Shown piece by piece: positions 20,201 through 30,250 of a stretch of DNA of 64,000 nucleotides. Each line of letters starts with the position of its first letter. The stretch's first letter is position 1. The stretch is from a virus, in UHGV virus genome UHGV-0385297, one strand, 5' to 3'. Both the position numbers and the translations under genes were made by a program. Under the pieces are notes generated by a model. The model did not search any database. It saw nothing but the letters and a program-made list of their open reading frames with translations, and was not told where the DNA came from.

Positions 20201-23200
20201 AGTCATAGTAAGCTCGCCACTATTATTGATTCCCCAGCCTGTATCGTTGTCATAATCCCACAGGTCAAAACGATAGCCATTGTTAATTTTAGCCGCCGCA
20301 TCATCAATAATATAATAATTCGCTTTATCTCCCATTTCAGAGGCTTCTTCAGTTGTGATATAATGTTTCGCCCAATGATAGAATACATTTTTTGCGCGAT
20401 TATCAATCATTGTATATCTAAGAGTGTAAAGGTAAAAATAAGTTGCTGATTCTACAATAAACCAGTTTTTAAGGTTATTTACGAATTCTTCATCAGTAGA
20501 AGTAATAACAAATTCATAGAAGTCACGCCAAATTTGACGATTATTTGTTCTGATTTTCTCTTTTTCTTCATCGGAAGAAATTGACTGTCCATCTTTTGAA
20601 TCTCCACAACAATCATATCTGAATTCAAAAGAACCATCCCAATTATTATATAAAGAATCATAAGCCGTATTACCACTTGCCCATTCAGTCTTACTAATTG
20701 GATACTTTATAGTACCATCTAAGTTAGTTACACCAGTCTGATAAGTAGAGTTTGGAAGAGTGTTATCACTTACTTCAATGCAAAATTCCTTCATATCGTC
20801 AGGATCATAAGCTCTACTGATATCGGTTTTTTTTGAATCTCCCATATTTGCAAGCCCGTAAAAATGGTATTCGCAGTCCTGGAATTCTCTATGTGTAGAA
20901 ACATCAGGATCATTTTCTTTGATGAAAATAACACAGTTCACAAATTCCATATCGTTCTTAATTCGGGAATCTCTCCTTGTAGCAGGAGTGGAATATGGAA
21001 GATATGTATTGTAACGATTCTGAGAGTAAGCATTATTTACCATATCGGAAGAGGCGATATTTAATTTAAAATTCCACCAATTATTTGGAATAGAATTTCT
21101 TGTTAATGAAATTTTACCTGTTCCGTCTTCAATAACAGTTCCATCTCCTAATGTAAGTTTTGTTTTATAATCTGGATCAAGATCAATTTTACTGTTAATC
21201 TGATGTATACCATCTGCACAGCAAATAACATCTATGTTTCTTCCTGCTTGACCATACTCGTTTGAAGTAGTGCCTTGGCCTGCATGATAGCAGTTTTCAT
21301 ACTTCCAGTTATCAAGTGTTGGATCACCATTCTTATAAATACATTCCATAGAAGTATTCTTCACAAAGTTCTTTTTGTCGTTTGTAAAGTATGGTGCCTC
21401 AATCATGATAATACGCATATCAGGACAAGCTTCAGCAAGATGTTCAGGGGTAAGAGACTGGTTTTCATCATAAATCTGATTTCTCTTGTAACGATCAATC
21501 ATTTCTGTTGCAGTTCTTGCGTCACAGATAAAATTAGTCAGAATAGCCTGAGAAGAAAGGCTTGTATTATAAGCTTTCATTCTGTAAATTAAAACATCAC
21601 AGTCATCGGAACCGATAGTAATCGGAGCAGGTGTTTCCTGTGTGAAAGAATAATCAGATGTATAGCTCATTGGTCTACCAGGAGTACCATCCTCATACGC
21701 CATGACAATCGGAATATCCGTGTCCTTATTGATATTAAACTCCCATTCAATAATGTCTTCTTCGCTATATGGTACATACAGAGATTTTGCAGAAGATTTA
21801 ATATACGCTTCATGTACATTCATTTGTAATCCGATACCTGCGGATTCACAAGACAGAAAGGTAGCATCTGCTTTTGCTACGTTAGTGGTTTTGAAAATAA
21901 ACTTGAATTCTTTACCATTTCTACGTGCGTCATCAGCAAAAAGATTGTAAGAAATAGTGGCTTTTGTACCGGCTTTAATTCCGAAATACTGATCGCCGTT
22001 CTCATCAATCTGCCAACCGCCGTTTGCCCAGTCGAAGTTTTCAGATACAGTCATAGCCACATTACCGTCAGACCATAATCTGTTTGCATCGTTATTGGAT
22101 CTACCAACAGGATTAAAGTCAAACACCAGACCTGCAGTTACTGGTTCTACATCAATATCCAGTTTTTCTACAGTAGCATTGATAGTCTTTACGATACCAC
22201 GGCAAGTAATTGTCAGTACATGGTTTCCGATTTCAGTTGGCTTATATTGCCATACCTGTGTATGGGAATTCAATGTAAGAGTAGATGCCTCTTTACCATC
22301 AACAGCAAGAGTTACTACAGGACTTTCTGTAGTCGGATCGTAAACGGTATATTCGATATTTACAGTATCATACTGCTGTACATCAAGAGTCTGCTGTATA
22401 CATCCAATAACAGGTTTGTCACTTGTCGGATCATACCAGATAATATCCTTCTTAATGTGGTTAGATTCAATGGTTTCTCCATTAACCTCAGCTGTAAGAT
22501 ATACTTCTACAAGATGTGCTCCATGCTCCTGTGCAGCGATATTATAGGATATTGGAGTACCTGAAATTCTCGTTTCAACAGTGTACAGTTCTTTGCCATC
22601 TACCCAGAAATGGACTGTCTTATCTAGCGCACCATAAGGAGTATAGTCGAATGATACTGGTCCAATATTGTATGTCAGTTTGTCATTGAAAGAGGATTCA
22701 ATACGAACATCAAGAACCTGAACTGTCCAGGATTTAGTTACTAAAGTACCGGCATCATCCACGATACTTAACAGTAATTTCTGAGAGCCAGTAGAAACGT
22801 ACTGAGTGGCATCAAAAGTATTTTCTCCACTGATGGCAGTGCCAGTAGCGATAACTCTGCTTCCGATTTTCCAAGTATAAGTGCCTTCTGTTACCTGGTC
22901 GCCTGAAGAGTCAACACCTGAGAAGTTATATTTGATAATTGCCTTTCCTTCTGTAGTAATAACGACAGGCGAAGTGGTCACATACTCAATCTTTAAAGTA
23001 GAAGTAGTTCCACCACCGCCTGACCCGCCAGTAATCTTGAAACTGGACTTTGCAGTACGGACTTCCTTTTCATCGTCACCCTCGTGCTGGATTTCCCATA
23101 AGGTGAACTTCTCATCTTCATAAGTTGCATCATAGGTCTTTACATCATCTAATTCTCCGATGTTATCTACCTTTGTCTCAAGTTCAACAACCTTTTCTGA

Positions 23201-24466
23201 GAGAGTGGTAACATTCTTTTTATTTGCATTTGCAGTCTGTTCAATGGCATTTACAGTAGAAGAAAGAGAAGTAAGGTCAGAAGAAGATGCTTTCTTATCT
23301 AATAGTGCATCAACATCTGTTTTCTTATAATAATCTGTCTGTAAAGATTCTGGAATATTACCAATTTTCTTATCAAGGGCAGAAACTTTTGCATCATTTT
23401 CCTGTTTATAAGAAGTCAATGCTTCTGAAACTGGACTTACAGCAGTAGTGATTTTTCCATCAACAATCTGATTATAAGAATTCACCCATTCCGCAGTTGG
23501 ATTGGTGTTAATCTTAATGTCTTTGATTTTCTCTTCTCCATTGTAGAAGGAGAGAGTAGAAGTGGATTCTATATATTCCACATTAAATTTTGCTAGTCCA
23601 TCAATACTGTCAATCTTTTTGTATACATCCTGCAACTGATCTGAGACATCAATATTTTCAATCAGCTGATCAACTTCTTCCTTATTATAATAGGTAGAAA
23701 GTGTATCAGTGACAGTGTTCATAACTTCTGATTTAACGGTATCGGTTAAATCTGCGATATCTGTTTCTACATTATTGGCTGCGGTCTCAGCTCTAGTGGC
23801 AGCCGCATTTGCCTGATCAACATAGGCAGAAGCCTCACTGATTTTGGAGTTCATTGTATTGATGAAACCTGTATACCAGTCAGAGTCAGGCTTAATAATA
23901 CCGTTTCCTGTCAGAGACTCCATGACATTTAACTTACCATTAGGTCTTGAAATCCAACAGTAGTTATCACCTTTTTCATTTGTACCAGTTGCACGAATCT
24001 CAAAAGTAATGTCACCTGGAAGATAGGTAACGCCTTTGTCGATTAGCCATGCGAAGCGGATCTTATCTGCACTGTACTGGCAATTGACCACATTATCATA
24101 GTCTTCCTCTTTGTTTTTATTGATATAATGGATCTGAATTAACATCTCTGTTAAGTCGATACCATCATAATATCTGTCCATTTCAAAAGGGATAAACTGA
24201 GAGTTTTCTTCCTGAGAAATATTAATCTGAGAACTATCTACAGTAATATTTTTCTGTTCATCTATATATGATAATTTCTCATCCGTGTAGTTGTTATACC
24301 ACACATATTTGTCGCTTTTGGTGAAAGATACATCTGCATCTGCTGCCAATGCGACAGGTTTAATATCATCTGTACTATATGTACTCAGATTAACTGAGGT
24401 AGTAGTAGCAGATGACTTCATCTGTTGAGTCTGTTTCTTACAGGACTCACAAAAAGATAAAGCCAT
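17291..24466 (-). CDS. giant tail / receptor-binding protein (2391 aa) with Ig-like repeats and a C-terminal LamG/concanavalin-like lectin region
   Basis: Size and domain-like segments (for example FVLAVDYMFATNN...GSLGFKLWQN...ILVIRHIAGEKVLHVYQGN, which looks LamG-like). Position in the tail module. Confidence 0.55.
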   Translation of the reverse strand: MALSFCESCKKQTQQMKSSATTTSVNLSTYSTDDIKPVALAADADVSFTKSDKYVWYNNYTDEKLSYIDEQKNITVDSSQINISQEENSQFIPFEMDRYYDGIDLTEMLIQIHYINKNKEEDYDNVVNCQYSADKIRFAWLIDKGVTYLPGDITFEIRATGTNEKGDNYCWISRPNGKLNVMESLTGNGIIKPDSDWYTGFINTMNSKISEASAYVDQANAAATRAETAANNVETDIADLTDTVKSEVMNTVTDTLSTYYNKEEVDQLIENIDVSDQLQDVYKKIDSIDGLAKFNVEYIESTSTLSFYNGEEKIKDIKINTNPTAEWVNSYNQIVDGKITTAVSPVSEALTSYKQENDAKVSALDKKIGNIPESLQTDYYKKTDVDALLDKKASSSDLTSLSSTVNAIEQTANANKKNVTTLSEKVVELETKVDNIGELDDVKTYDATYEDEKFTLWEIQHEGDDEKEVRTAKSSFKITGGSGGGGTTSTLKIEYVTTSPVVITTEGKAIIKYNFSGVDSSGDQVTEGTYTWKIGSRVIATGTAISGENTFDATQYVSTGSQKLLLSIVDDAGTLVTKSWTVQVLDVRIESSFNDKLTYNIGPVSFDYTPYGALDKTVHFWVDGKELYTVETRISGTPISYNIAAQEHGAHLVEVYLTAEVNGETIESNHIKKDIIWYDPTSDKPVIGCIQQTLDVQQYDTVNIEYTVYDPTTESPVVTLAVDGKEASTLTLNSHTQVWQYKPTEIGNHVLTITCRGIVKTINATVEKLDIDVEPVTAGLVFDFNPVGRSNNDANRLWSDGNVAMTVSENFDWANGGWQIDENGDQYFGIKAGTKATISYNLFADDARRNGKEFKFIFKTTNVAKADATFLSCESAGIGLQMNVHEAYIKSSAKSLYVPYSEEDIIEWEFNINKDTDIPIVMAYEDGTPGRPMSYTSDYSFTQETPAPITIGSDDCDVLIYRMKAYNTSLSSQAILTNFICDARTATEMIDRYKRNQIYDENQSLTPEHLAEACPDMRIIMIEAPYFTNDKKNFVKNTSMECIYKNGDPTLDNWKYENCYHAGQGTTSNEYGQAGRNIDVICCADGIHQINSKIDLDPDYKTKLTLGDGTVIEDGTGKISLTRNSIPNNWWNFKLNIASSDMVNNAYSQNRYNTYLPYSTPATRRDSRIKNDMEFVNCVIFIKENDPDVSTHREFQDCEYHFYGLANMGDSKKTDISRAYDPDDMKEFCIEVSDNTLPNSTYQTGVTNLDGTIKYPISKTEWASGNTAYDSLYNNWDGSFEFRYDCCGDSKDGQSISSDEEKEKIRTNNRQIWRDFYEFVITSTDEEFVNNLKNWFIVESATYFYLYTLRYTMIDNRAKNVFYHWAKHYITTEEASEMGDKANYYIIDDAAAKINNGYRFDLWDYDNDTGWGINNSGELTMTYGKEDTDYRTEGDPSSGYVFNAAECVFFCRIRNLMGSQLRTMYASCESKGCWSATSLINQFDSKQNEWCEELWRLDYVRKYERTYRDGNTRFLEQMMNGKKKYQRRQFERDQEIYMATKFVGTSITSDQIMFRCNTPVGAVVSPDYTLHLTPYSNMYLDVMFGNSSVKQIRAKAGQTYDITCPYITMDDTAVLVYAASRIQSMGDVSTCYIHDNDFSKAEKLKELIIGNTTEGYSNTFLTNLVIGNNKLLEKLDIRNTPNLTTSLDFSKCLNLKELYATGSGLTGVLFANGGKIATALLPDTLTSIKMQNLMYLTDLEIAGYDKIATMVLENCNVVDCKSLIEKSKNVNRVRITGINWTLTDTSLLDKIYGMKGIDRNGYNTDQSVLAGAVHVPVMREKKLAEYKAAWPDLELTYDTLVEQFTILFKNDDGSILDTQYVDKGETPVDPLTREENPISTPTKKSTAKNDFTFAGWDKNFIAAFSDAVYTATYTSTIRKYTVRYISKGTVKETITAEYGSTVFYSKDIPVYTAEENAYKYYLFDRWDSSGYVTGDKDINAVFDSCEYVQDYFKGKDISTMRPVEIYAMTKLTKEQEVVSEKDSISFDMGTDYTFEDIEENTLINQETVFTGSNYVDTKLSLIDEDKDFVLAVDYMFATNNTTGSTLMQCYKSDGSLGFKLWQNTQPQINWNTSSKAVSNTGKRDILVIRHIAGEKVLHVYQGNLPEETIAYSQLTSNKSAIATSTLVFGCSKADDGAYENYGKGTIYWAKLWNADLGDTACRNLAAWTHESIELEMYAFKRYYLSDNSGSRTSMSFVSSHVLSNMMRLNATSTNAGGWAKMDLNKFLNGRFYNAIPVQWRQLLKQAKIQSTAGEKSSETVTSNCYVAIPAAIEVEGAMNFEPYNYEGSVIPFITSDTARVRTDATGTAVSYWLRSPNIGYNTYVWSVNSDGSTSGYKLPNQEAGVVIILSI

Positions 24467-24492
24467 AAGTGCTCCTTTCTTTACGTGTTATT

Positions 24493-24528
24493 TTAGAAAA
24501 AGTCCTACACCGTTGAAGATGCAGGACT
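24493..24528 (-). terminator. hairpin AGTCCT...AGGACT followed by a T-run on the minus strand, upstream of the giant gene
   Basis: Read directly. The 16-nt loop makes this a weaker call. Confidence 0.35.
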
Positions 24529-24535
24529 TGAATAA

Positions 24536-24664
24536 TTATTCTTCGATTAAATCTTCACATTCCAGATCGATTAACACCTGTTTTACCTGTGGTTTGATCT
24601 TGTCTGGAACCTGTTTATATGTTTTCTTTCCTTTTACAATAAGAGTTGCATAGATAACTGCCAT
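24536..24664 (-). CDS. small protein (42 aa, MAVIYATLIVKGKKTYKQVPDKIKPQVKQVLIDLECEDLIEE), tandem paralogue
   Basis: RBS AAAGGAGA. It is paralogous to 24705..24818. Confidence 0.45.
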   Translation of the reverse strand: MAVIYATLIVKGKKTYKQVPDKIKPQVKQVLIDLECEDLIEE

Positions 24665-24704
24665 AATTTCTTTCTCCTTTCTGGACATAAAAATAAGCAG
24701 TAAG

Positions 24705-24818
24705 TTAAGCATTTAAGATTGCCTCAACTTCTGCCTTGATTTTTTCCGGTACTTCATTAATTGTTTTTTTACCTTTACGGATTAAATCCGCATATACGGT
24801 TGCCATATAACTTGCCAT
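24705..24818 (-). CDS. small protein (37 aa, MASYMATVYADLIRKGKKTINEVPEKIKAEVEAILNA), tandem paralogue
   Basis: RBS GGAGG. Both paralogues share the KGKKT..VP.KIK..V motif. Confidence 0.45.
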   Translation of the reverse strand: MASYMATVYADLIRKGKKTINEVPEKIKAEVEAILNA

Positions 24819-24820
24819 AA

Positions 24821-25165
24821 TTAAGCCTCCTTCATTTCGTATAACTCTGTTAATGCTAACTGAGTATTTGTAATTTCATCATCCTGAGACAGGTTTGTTT
24901 CATACTGTTCAGTCAGTGCCAGCTGTGCTTCTGTAAGCTGATCTTCTAAATCAGACACCTGTTTTTTTAATTTCCCAATATCTGATTCTGGAAGATAATT
25001 AAAAATAGGTTTTGGATTTTTTGCATCAGTTACATCGATTTTATCTAATGTTGCTCCATCCGGGACATCGACAAATATAGATAATAATCCCTGTGGAGCT
25101 TTTTCTTCTCCATAAATAATTGACCAGATTTTTCCAGTCGTATCATAAATTACTAAAGCTTTCAT
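24821..25165 (-). CDS. hypothetical tail protein (115 aa from the ATG at 25165, which follows RBS AAGGAGAG)
   Basis: The ORF-track start at 25204 has no RBS. The internal ATG does. Confidence 0.4.
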   Translation of the reverse strand: MKALVIYDTTGKIWSIIYGEEKAPQGLLSIFVDVPDGATLDKIDVTDAKNPKPIFNYLPESDIGKLKKQVSDLEDQLTEAQLALTEQYETNLSQDDEITNTQLALTELYEMKEA

Positions 25166-25182
25166 ATAAACTCTCCTTAAAT

Positions 25183-26040
25183 TTAAACTGCTTGAACACC
25201 CCAAGTTAAAATACCAGTTCCCTGTTGTGTAAATACTAATTTTAATTTTCCTTGCCTTGAAGCATCATATTGATAAGACATTCGTGTATATGAGCCTGAT
25301 GTTGTATAAAAAGTACATAACAACCTCGAATTGCCACTAGAATCTATTCTATAAATTCCAACACTTGCGCTTGAAAACGCCGAAGACTTTGCAATATCTA
25401 CAAATACATGGGTATATCTTCTCAAATCAATCATAGATGGGGTAGTAAGTGTATTTGAAACTTGGCTGCTATCGTTAGAATATACTTGTCCAAGACTTCC
25501 GAATCCCAATTGTCCTTTTCCGACAACGCCACCTACATTTCCACTATTCCAAAAATATGTAGTAGTAGGTGTATATCCTTCCCATGTACCAGTAACACTT
25601 TGATTATAGGTAGTAATAGTTACACCTTTTTTAATAACATTGGCTGGCGCCATGGAAAATCCTGGAATTATAATATCACTTGTCATTCTTTTACCTGTAC
25701 AAGCAATCGTCTGCTGAGAAGCACCAGGAGTATAAGTTCCACCTGCCATAGACTGAATTCCCATTGCATTAAGTGCAGAGGCGTTTGTACAGGAAATTTC
25801 TGGATACCCAGAAATTGTATTGGTAACATGTGCTCCATTATGCATTCTTAAGTATAAATCTGTACTATTGGCTGCAACTGAAACAGCAGTATCGTAAGCA
25901 CCAATATTTTTCATAGTTCCAACAACAGGATCTCCATCTTTATCAATAATTATCTTTTTTTCCAAAACATCGTCAGCAGAAGCAGTGATTGAATCTAAAT
26001 CAACATAACTTCCACATCCTGAAGATAATATTTGTCCCAT
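25183..26040 (-). CDS. tail fibre-tip / receptor-binding candidate (285 aa), tandem paralogue of 26060..26878
   Basis: About 45% identity with its neighbour (IPGF.M.PA..IKKGVT...Y..SVTGTWEGY.PTT.YFW...GQVYSN). Confidence 0.5.
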   Translation of the reverse strand: MGQILSSGCGSYVDLDSITASADDVLEKKIIIDKDGDPVVGTMKNIGAYDTAVSVAANSTDLYLRMHNGAHVTNTISGYPEISCTNASALNAMGIQSMAGGTYTPGASQQTIACTGKRMTSDIIIPGFSMAPANVIKKGVTITTYNQSVTGTWEGYTPTTTYFWNSGNVGGVVGKGQLGFGSLGQVYSNDSSQVSNTLTTPSMIDLRRYTHVFVDIAKSSAFSSASVGIYRIDSSGNSRLLCTFYTTSGSYTRMSYQYDASRQGKLKLVFTQQGTGILTWGVQAV

Positions 26041-26059
26041 ATAAACTAAATTCCTTTCA

Positions 26060-26878
26060 TTATTCTATATACTGGATACCCCATTGCCAAAGCCCCGTTC
26101 CTTGAAGCGTAAATACTAATTCTAATGTTGCAGGCCATGAAGCGTTATAATCATAATAATAAGTTGCTCCATCTGTTGAGTCATGCGTAAAACTACGCAT
26201 GAGCACTCTCCGACCATTTGAATATTTTGCATATATAGCAACACCACTACTCTCAAAAGGTTCACTTTTATTGATATGTACGAAAATACGACTGTACTTC
26301 CTCAAATTAATCATTTGAGGAGTTGATAATGTATTACCATAAGTGCTATTGCTATTTGAATAAACTTGTCCCAAATCACCAAACCCTAAATCTCCAGTCC
26401 CGACAAGGCCACCTATATTGCTGTTGCCGCCCGGTGTAGCCTTCCAAAAATATTCAGTGGTAGGCGAATAGCCTTCCCATGTACCCGTTACAGAATGACC
26501 ATATATCGATACTGTCACACCTTTCTTTATAGCGTCAGCGGGAGGCATAACAAATCCTGGAATAACAACGTTTTCCGTCATATATTTACCTTTACAATTT
26601 AATGTCTGTTGAATTGTTGACGGAATAGGTGTCCATCCAGGCTGTGGTTGTATAGTTCCGGTCCTTTTTGTATGGGCATCTGTACTATAATAAGTTTTAC
26701 CAGCAAGAACTTGGTTATCAACTGCTGTGCCTGTTAATTCCAGTGTGCCTTCCACAACTTCATCATCAGACCCATTAAAAAGAGCAGTCTTCCCCTTTAA
26801 AATATCATTAGCTGTGGCAGTACAGTCTTCAGAATAGACACCATTACCGTCACCACCAGGAAATAAAACTTGTGACAT
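26060..26878 (-). CDS. tail fibre-tip / receptor-binding candidate (272 aa), tandem paralogue
   Basis: See 25183..26040. Confidence 0.5.
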   Translation of the reverse strand: MSQVLFPGGDGNGVYSEDCTATANDILKGKTALFNGSDDEVVEGTLELTGTAVDNQVLAGKTYYSTDAHTKRTGTIQPQPGWTPIPSTIQQTLNCKGKYMTENVVIPGFVMPPADAIKKGVTVSIYGHSVTGTWEGYSPTTEYFWKATPGGNSNIGGLVGTGDLGFGDLGQVYSNSNSTYGNTLSTPQMINLRKYSRIFVHINKSEPFESSGVAIYAKYSNGRRVLMRSFTHDSTDGATYYYDYNASWPATLELVFTLQGTGLWQWGIQYIE

Positions 26879-27799
26879 TTAAACTCCTTTCAATCCAATT
26901 GTGAAATCCATCACGGGTTTCTTGTAAACTTTGAATGTAATTTCCCCGTCAGTAATGGTGTTTGTACCCGCTGCTAAAAAACTGAAAGCCTTGTTATATG
27001 CTTTTTGTTCTGTAACAGAAGCACCATCTTTCAACAACTTCACTGCCAAAGGATTATCAGTAGATCTTAAATTTTGAACAGATACTGTTTGAGAATACGG
27101 GGCAGAATCGCCAGACCAATCAGAACTCTTAAGAGTAACTGTCAATAATCGACTATGATCAAAAATCTCATACCAAGAATTTGTATCTAAAGAAGAACGA
27201 TAAAAGATCTTTCCATCAGAATAAATTGTTTGTAAGTAAAAATCACCCATCCTGACTACATGCAACATGCCAGGACTATCAGTAGAATATGTTGGTGGAA
27301 GATTGGATAACATTTTCGCAACGTACTCATTCCATCGATACCATTTATTACATCCTTTTTTGTCACCTATCAGTTCATCAATATCTGCTTCGTCAGCAAG
27401 AGTTTCTGGGTTTAATAAATTATGAATTTTCGTTATAGAATAAGAATTTGTATCGGCTCCAACATCGCCCATATTTAAATTATCATCAATGCCAATGGTA
27501 GCATTTGATAATCCATTGATATATGTTTTTACATCATCTTTGAAAAATTGCTGGACAGCTTTAATTCCGTCCATCAGCTGATTAAATTTTTGTGCATTGA
27601 ATAAAATACGATCTAATTCAGGATATGCAGAAAGATATTTAGCAGCTTCTGTATATTTCTTTTCCTGAATTAAATTGTTGTATGCTAAAGCAAGCGGAGC
27701 AGTAAGAGAATTGATATCCTGCATATTATCCCAGTTATCAACCTGTCCTGGAAATTGACTACGAGGATACTGCTCGTATTGTGTTATTGTTTCACTCAT
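26879..27799 (-). CDS. tail fibre-like protein (306 aa). Its C-terminal domain of about 90 aa is shared with the 1566-aa fibre.
   Basis: ...SAPYSQTVSVQ...DNPLAV...QKAYNKAF...F.VY.KP..DFTIGLKGV corresponds to the C-terminus of 4178..8878. Confidence 0.5.
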   Translation of the reverse strand: MSETITQYEQYPRSQFPGQVDNWDNMQDINSLTAPLALAYNNLIQEKKYTEAAKYLSAYPELDRILFNAQKFNQLMDGIKAVQQFFKDDVKTYINGLSNATIGIDDNLNMGDVGADTNSYSITKIHNLLNPETLADEADIDELIGDKKGCNKWYRWNEYVAKMLSNLPPTYSTDSPGMLHVVRMGDFYLQTIYSDGKIFYRSSLDTNSWYEIFDHSRLLTVTLKSSDWSGDSAPYSQTVSVQNLRSTDNPLAVKLLKDGASVTEQKAYNKAFSFLAAGTNTITDGEITFKVYKKPVMDFTIGLKGV

Positions 27800-29322
27800 G
27801 TATTATTGTTCACCAACTTTCTATTTTTACGGTTATATACGTATGAAAAATCTTCTAAGAATTTATAAAGAGTTACAGACATTGTTCCAGATCCGAAAGA
27901 CCATGAAAAATTTTTGATAATATATTGGTTTTTCTTCTTATTATATTGCGCTGTATATTCCACTTTCATATTGACATCGATCCACGGAACGACCAGAGTA
28001 TTCAGATTGATCGTATCCATCATTGCAGTAGACTTATATGTAAGATACTCAGCCTGATTATAACAAGCAGCATCATCGCTCAGATTGCTATAATCCACAG
28101 GATTTACAATCTCATAACCAAGATTAGTAGTAGAGAAAGGACAATCCTTAGATGTCTCTTCATACCTGCCTTTACACTGATATTGTCCAAGAAGATATAG
28201 AGAAGCTACAATATTATTAGACTCATCTACGGTCATTCTTCTATATCTAAATACATAGATAGTATCTTTACTCAGTACCTTTTCTGTCAGAGCATTCCCG
28301 TTACCATCAACTATAGGAATAGGAGAGAAGTTACCAATCGTAAACTGGGGTTTTTCTTCATTCTCTGCTGGAATTTTTATGGCAATCATAGTCAGGTTAT
28401 CCAAGTTTTCCCATTTTTCATATTCGGCAAACTCTACTTTATATATATTATTCTCATATGTACAAGTTTCAGCATATCGATCCGTATTGCTCAACTCTAA
28501 AACCTTTCCCCATACTTCCGTTACATTGTAAATACCTGTAAATGAAAGACTTGGATTCTCATCGATAACAATATCTTGCATAATGTCGTCAGAGAGAATG
28601 ACCGGATCATCTAAACAAGTAGGGATCTTTCTCCAAGTAAATACACCATCTGCATCGAAGAAGTATTCCCAACTATCATAAAGTTCACAGACTTCTTTCC
28701 ATACATCAGCATAAGTAGCGCCTGTATTAAATTCCAGGTCATAAGGAATTTCTTTCTCGATATCCTCTACAACATAGGAAGTGATACCTGCGGCATCTAA
28801 TGTGGCAATGATTGACTTTCTTATATCTTCACCCGCCGGTATCTTTAAGCCTGTGGTCGCAATAATTTCAGTATTTCCATCACCTGAATTGGTAGAACCA
28901 TATCCTGGCATTTTGCCATTTAAGGTTCCATCATATAAAGACATTAAATCACTGCAGGAGAGTGAAAGCTTTCTCTCAGTCTGAGAAAATGTGTATTTCA
29001 TGTCCGTATATGCGAATGTGCCAATGCGATACCAAATAGTTTTTCTTCGCTTAATTGACCATACTCCGTAGTAAACACGAAGTCTTTTGTTATGCCAGAT
29101 TTTTTTATCGGGGCCAATATCAAAAGAAGAATCTGTAATTGCAATATCACAAGTGTATGATCTTCGTTGCTGAGAGGAATTATCTACAGAATAAGAATCG
29201 GTGAGAATTACACCTGTCAAAGAATCCAGAATTTTAAGAGAGGAATCACATAACTCAACTTTTAGATAGATTGTCTGCGAACCTTGTCGCAAAATATCTA
29301 TATCATCTTGCGTTACAATCAT
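27796..29322 (-). CDS. baseplate protein (508 aa; possibly baseplate-J-like)
   Basis: Position after the tape measure in a PBSX-like order. No clear motif. Confidence 0.35.
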   Translation of the reverse strand: MIVTQDDIDILRQGSQTIYLKVELCDSSLKILDSLTGVILTDSYSVDNSSQQRRSYTCDIAITDSSFDIGPDKKIWHNKRLRVYYGVWSIKRRKTIWYRIGTFAYTDMKYTFSQTERKLSLSCSDLMSLYDGTLNGKMPGYGSTNSGDGNTEIIATTGLKIPAGEDIRKSIIATLDAAGITSYVVEDIEKEIPYDLEFNTGATYADVWKEVCELYDSWEYFFDADGVFTWRKIPTCLDDPVILSDDIMQDIVIDENPSLSFTGIYNVTEVWGKVLELSNTDRYAETCTYENNIYKVEFAEYEKWENLDNLTMIAIKIPAENEEKPQFTIGNFSPIPIVDGNGNALTEKVLSKDTIYVFRYRRMTVDESNNIVASLYLLGQYQCKGRYEETSKDCPFSTTNLGYEIVNPVDYSNLSDDAACYNQAEYLTYKSTAMMDTINLNTLVVPWIDVNMKVEYTAQYNKKKNQYIIKNFSWSFGSGTMSVTLYKFLEDFSYVYNRKNRKLVNNNT

Positions 29323-29336
29323 ATAACTCCTCCCTT

Positions 29337-30248
29337 CTAAAATGTCGTAACATCTGTAAATCCGTTATAATTTAATTCTTTTGCATCGTATGGGTCTGCA
29401 CACTCAACCCAACTAAATTTATTTGTTACCAATTCATAGTTCTTACTTCCATCATAAACAGCCTGACGTTCAGACTCCTCAATATTATCTGTAATGTTGA
29501 TCATAAAGAGTTCACCTTCGTATGACTTGATGAGTTTCGGCTGACCATTTGTAAGCATCTGAATAATCTTGTCTCTGTACTGGTACGGAAGTAATCCATC
29601 ATTCTCTATGCCATCACAAGGCAAGTTCAAGAAGATACATTCAAATGTTCCACTCCTATAACCTGTGATACCATTTACCACTGTAATAGGATATTTCCTG
29701 TTCAATGGCTTAACGGCAGTAGCGCCATAATTGTATGTATCACTGCGAACCACATTTAAGATACATGGATAAGATGTGTCGTTATCAACCAAGAAGTAAT
29801 AGTCGAATTTAGACTTAACAGAATTGGTAATATAGTTATCTTCTGCACCAGAAATAACAGGAACATAAGCATATTCCACTTCATCTACTGGTTCAAGATA
29901 ATCAATAAATTCGATTGCCAAGTCTTCCTTTGTATTAATTGGCTTCTCAAAAATAGTTTGGAATTTAGAATCTTTGGAAGTCTTTTTCTTGATACGTACC
30001 TGTTCTACGATGCTTTCTGTAAAGTTTACATTACCACCGTATAAATTACCTTCTAGCTTTGTATACAATCTGGTATCAAAAGTCCATGTTGTATCAAACG
30101 TTCCATCAAAGGTATCATATATTTTATTCGTAACTAGAATAACATCAAAGTGTGCATTTTTGATTTCAAGAACATCGACCTGATTATCTTGTGAGAGAGT
30201 AGAAGATGCAGAGTCCGTATCGCCTGCATATGTTAATCCTAAAAACAT
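29337..30248 (-). CDS. baseplate/tail protein (303 aa)
   Basis: Position. Confidence 0.35.
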   Translation of the reverse strand: MFLGLTYAGDTDSASSTLSQDNQVDVLEIKNAHFDVILVTNKIYDTFDGTFDTTWTFDTRLYTKLEGNLYGGNVNFTESIVEQVRIKKKTSKDSKFQTIFEKPINTKEDLAIEFIDYLEPVDEVEYAYVPVISGAEDNYITNSVKSKFDYYFLVDNDTSYPCILNVVRSDTYNYGATAVKPLNRKYPITVVNGITGYRSGTFECIFLNLPCDGIENDGLLPYQYRDKIIQMLTNGQPKLIKSYEGELFMINITDNIEESERQAVYDGSKNYELVTNKFSWVECADPYDAKELNYNGFTDVTTF

Positions 30249-30250
30249 GC

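Noticed and set aside
4178-27800. Diversity-generating retroelement targeting the tail-fibre C-termini
   Set aside because: No reverse-transcriptase ORF (YxDD) anywhere in the window. No template/variable repeat pair with adenine-specific mismatches was seen. The fibre similarity is ordinary paralogy.
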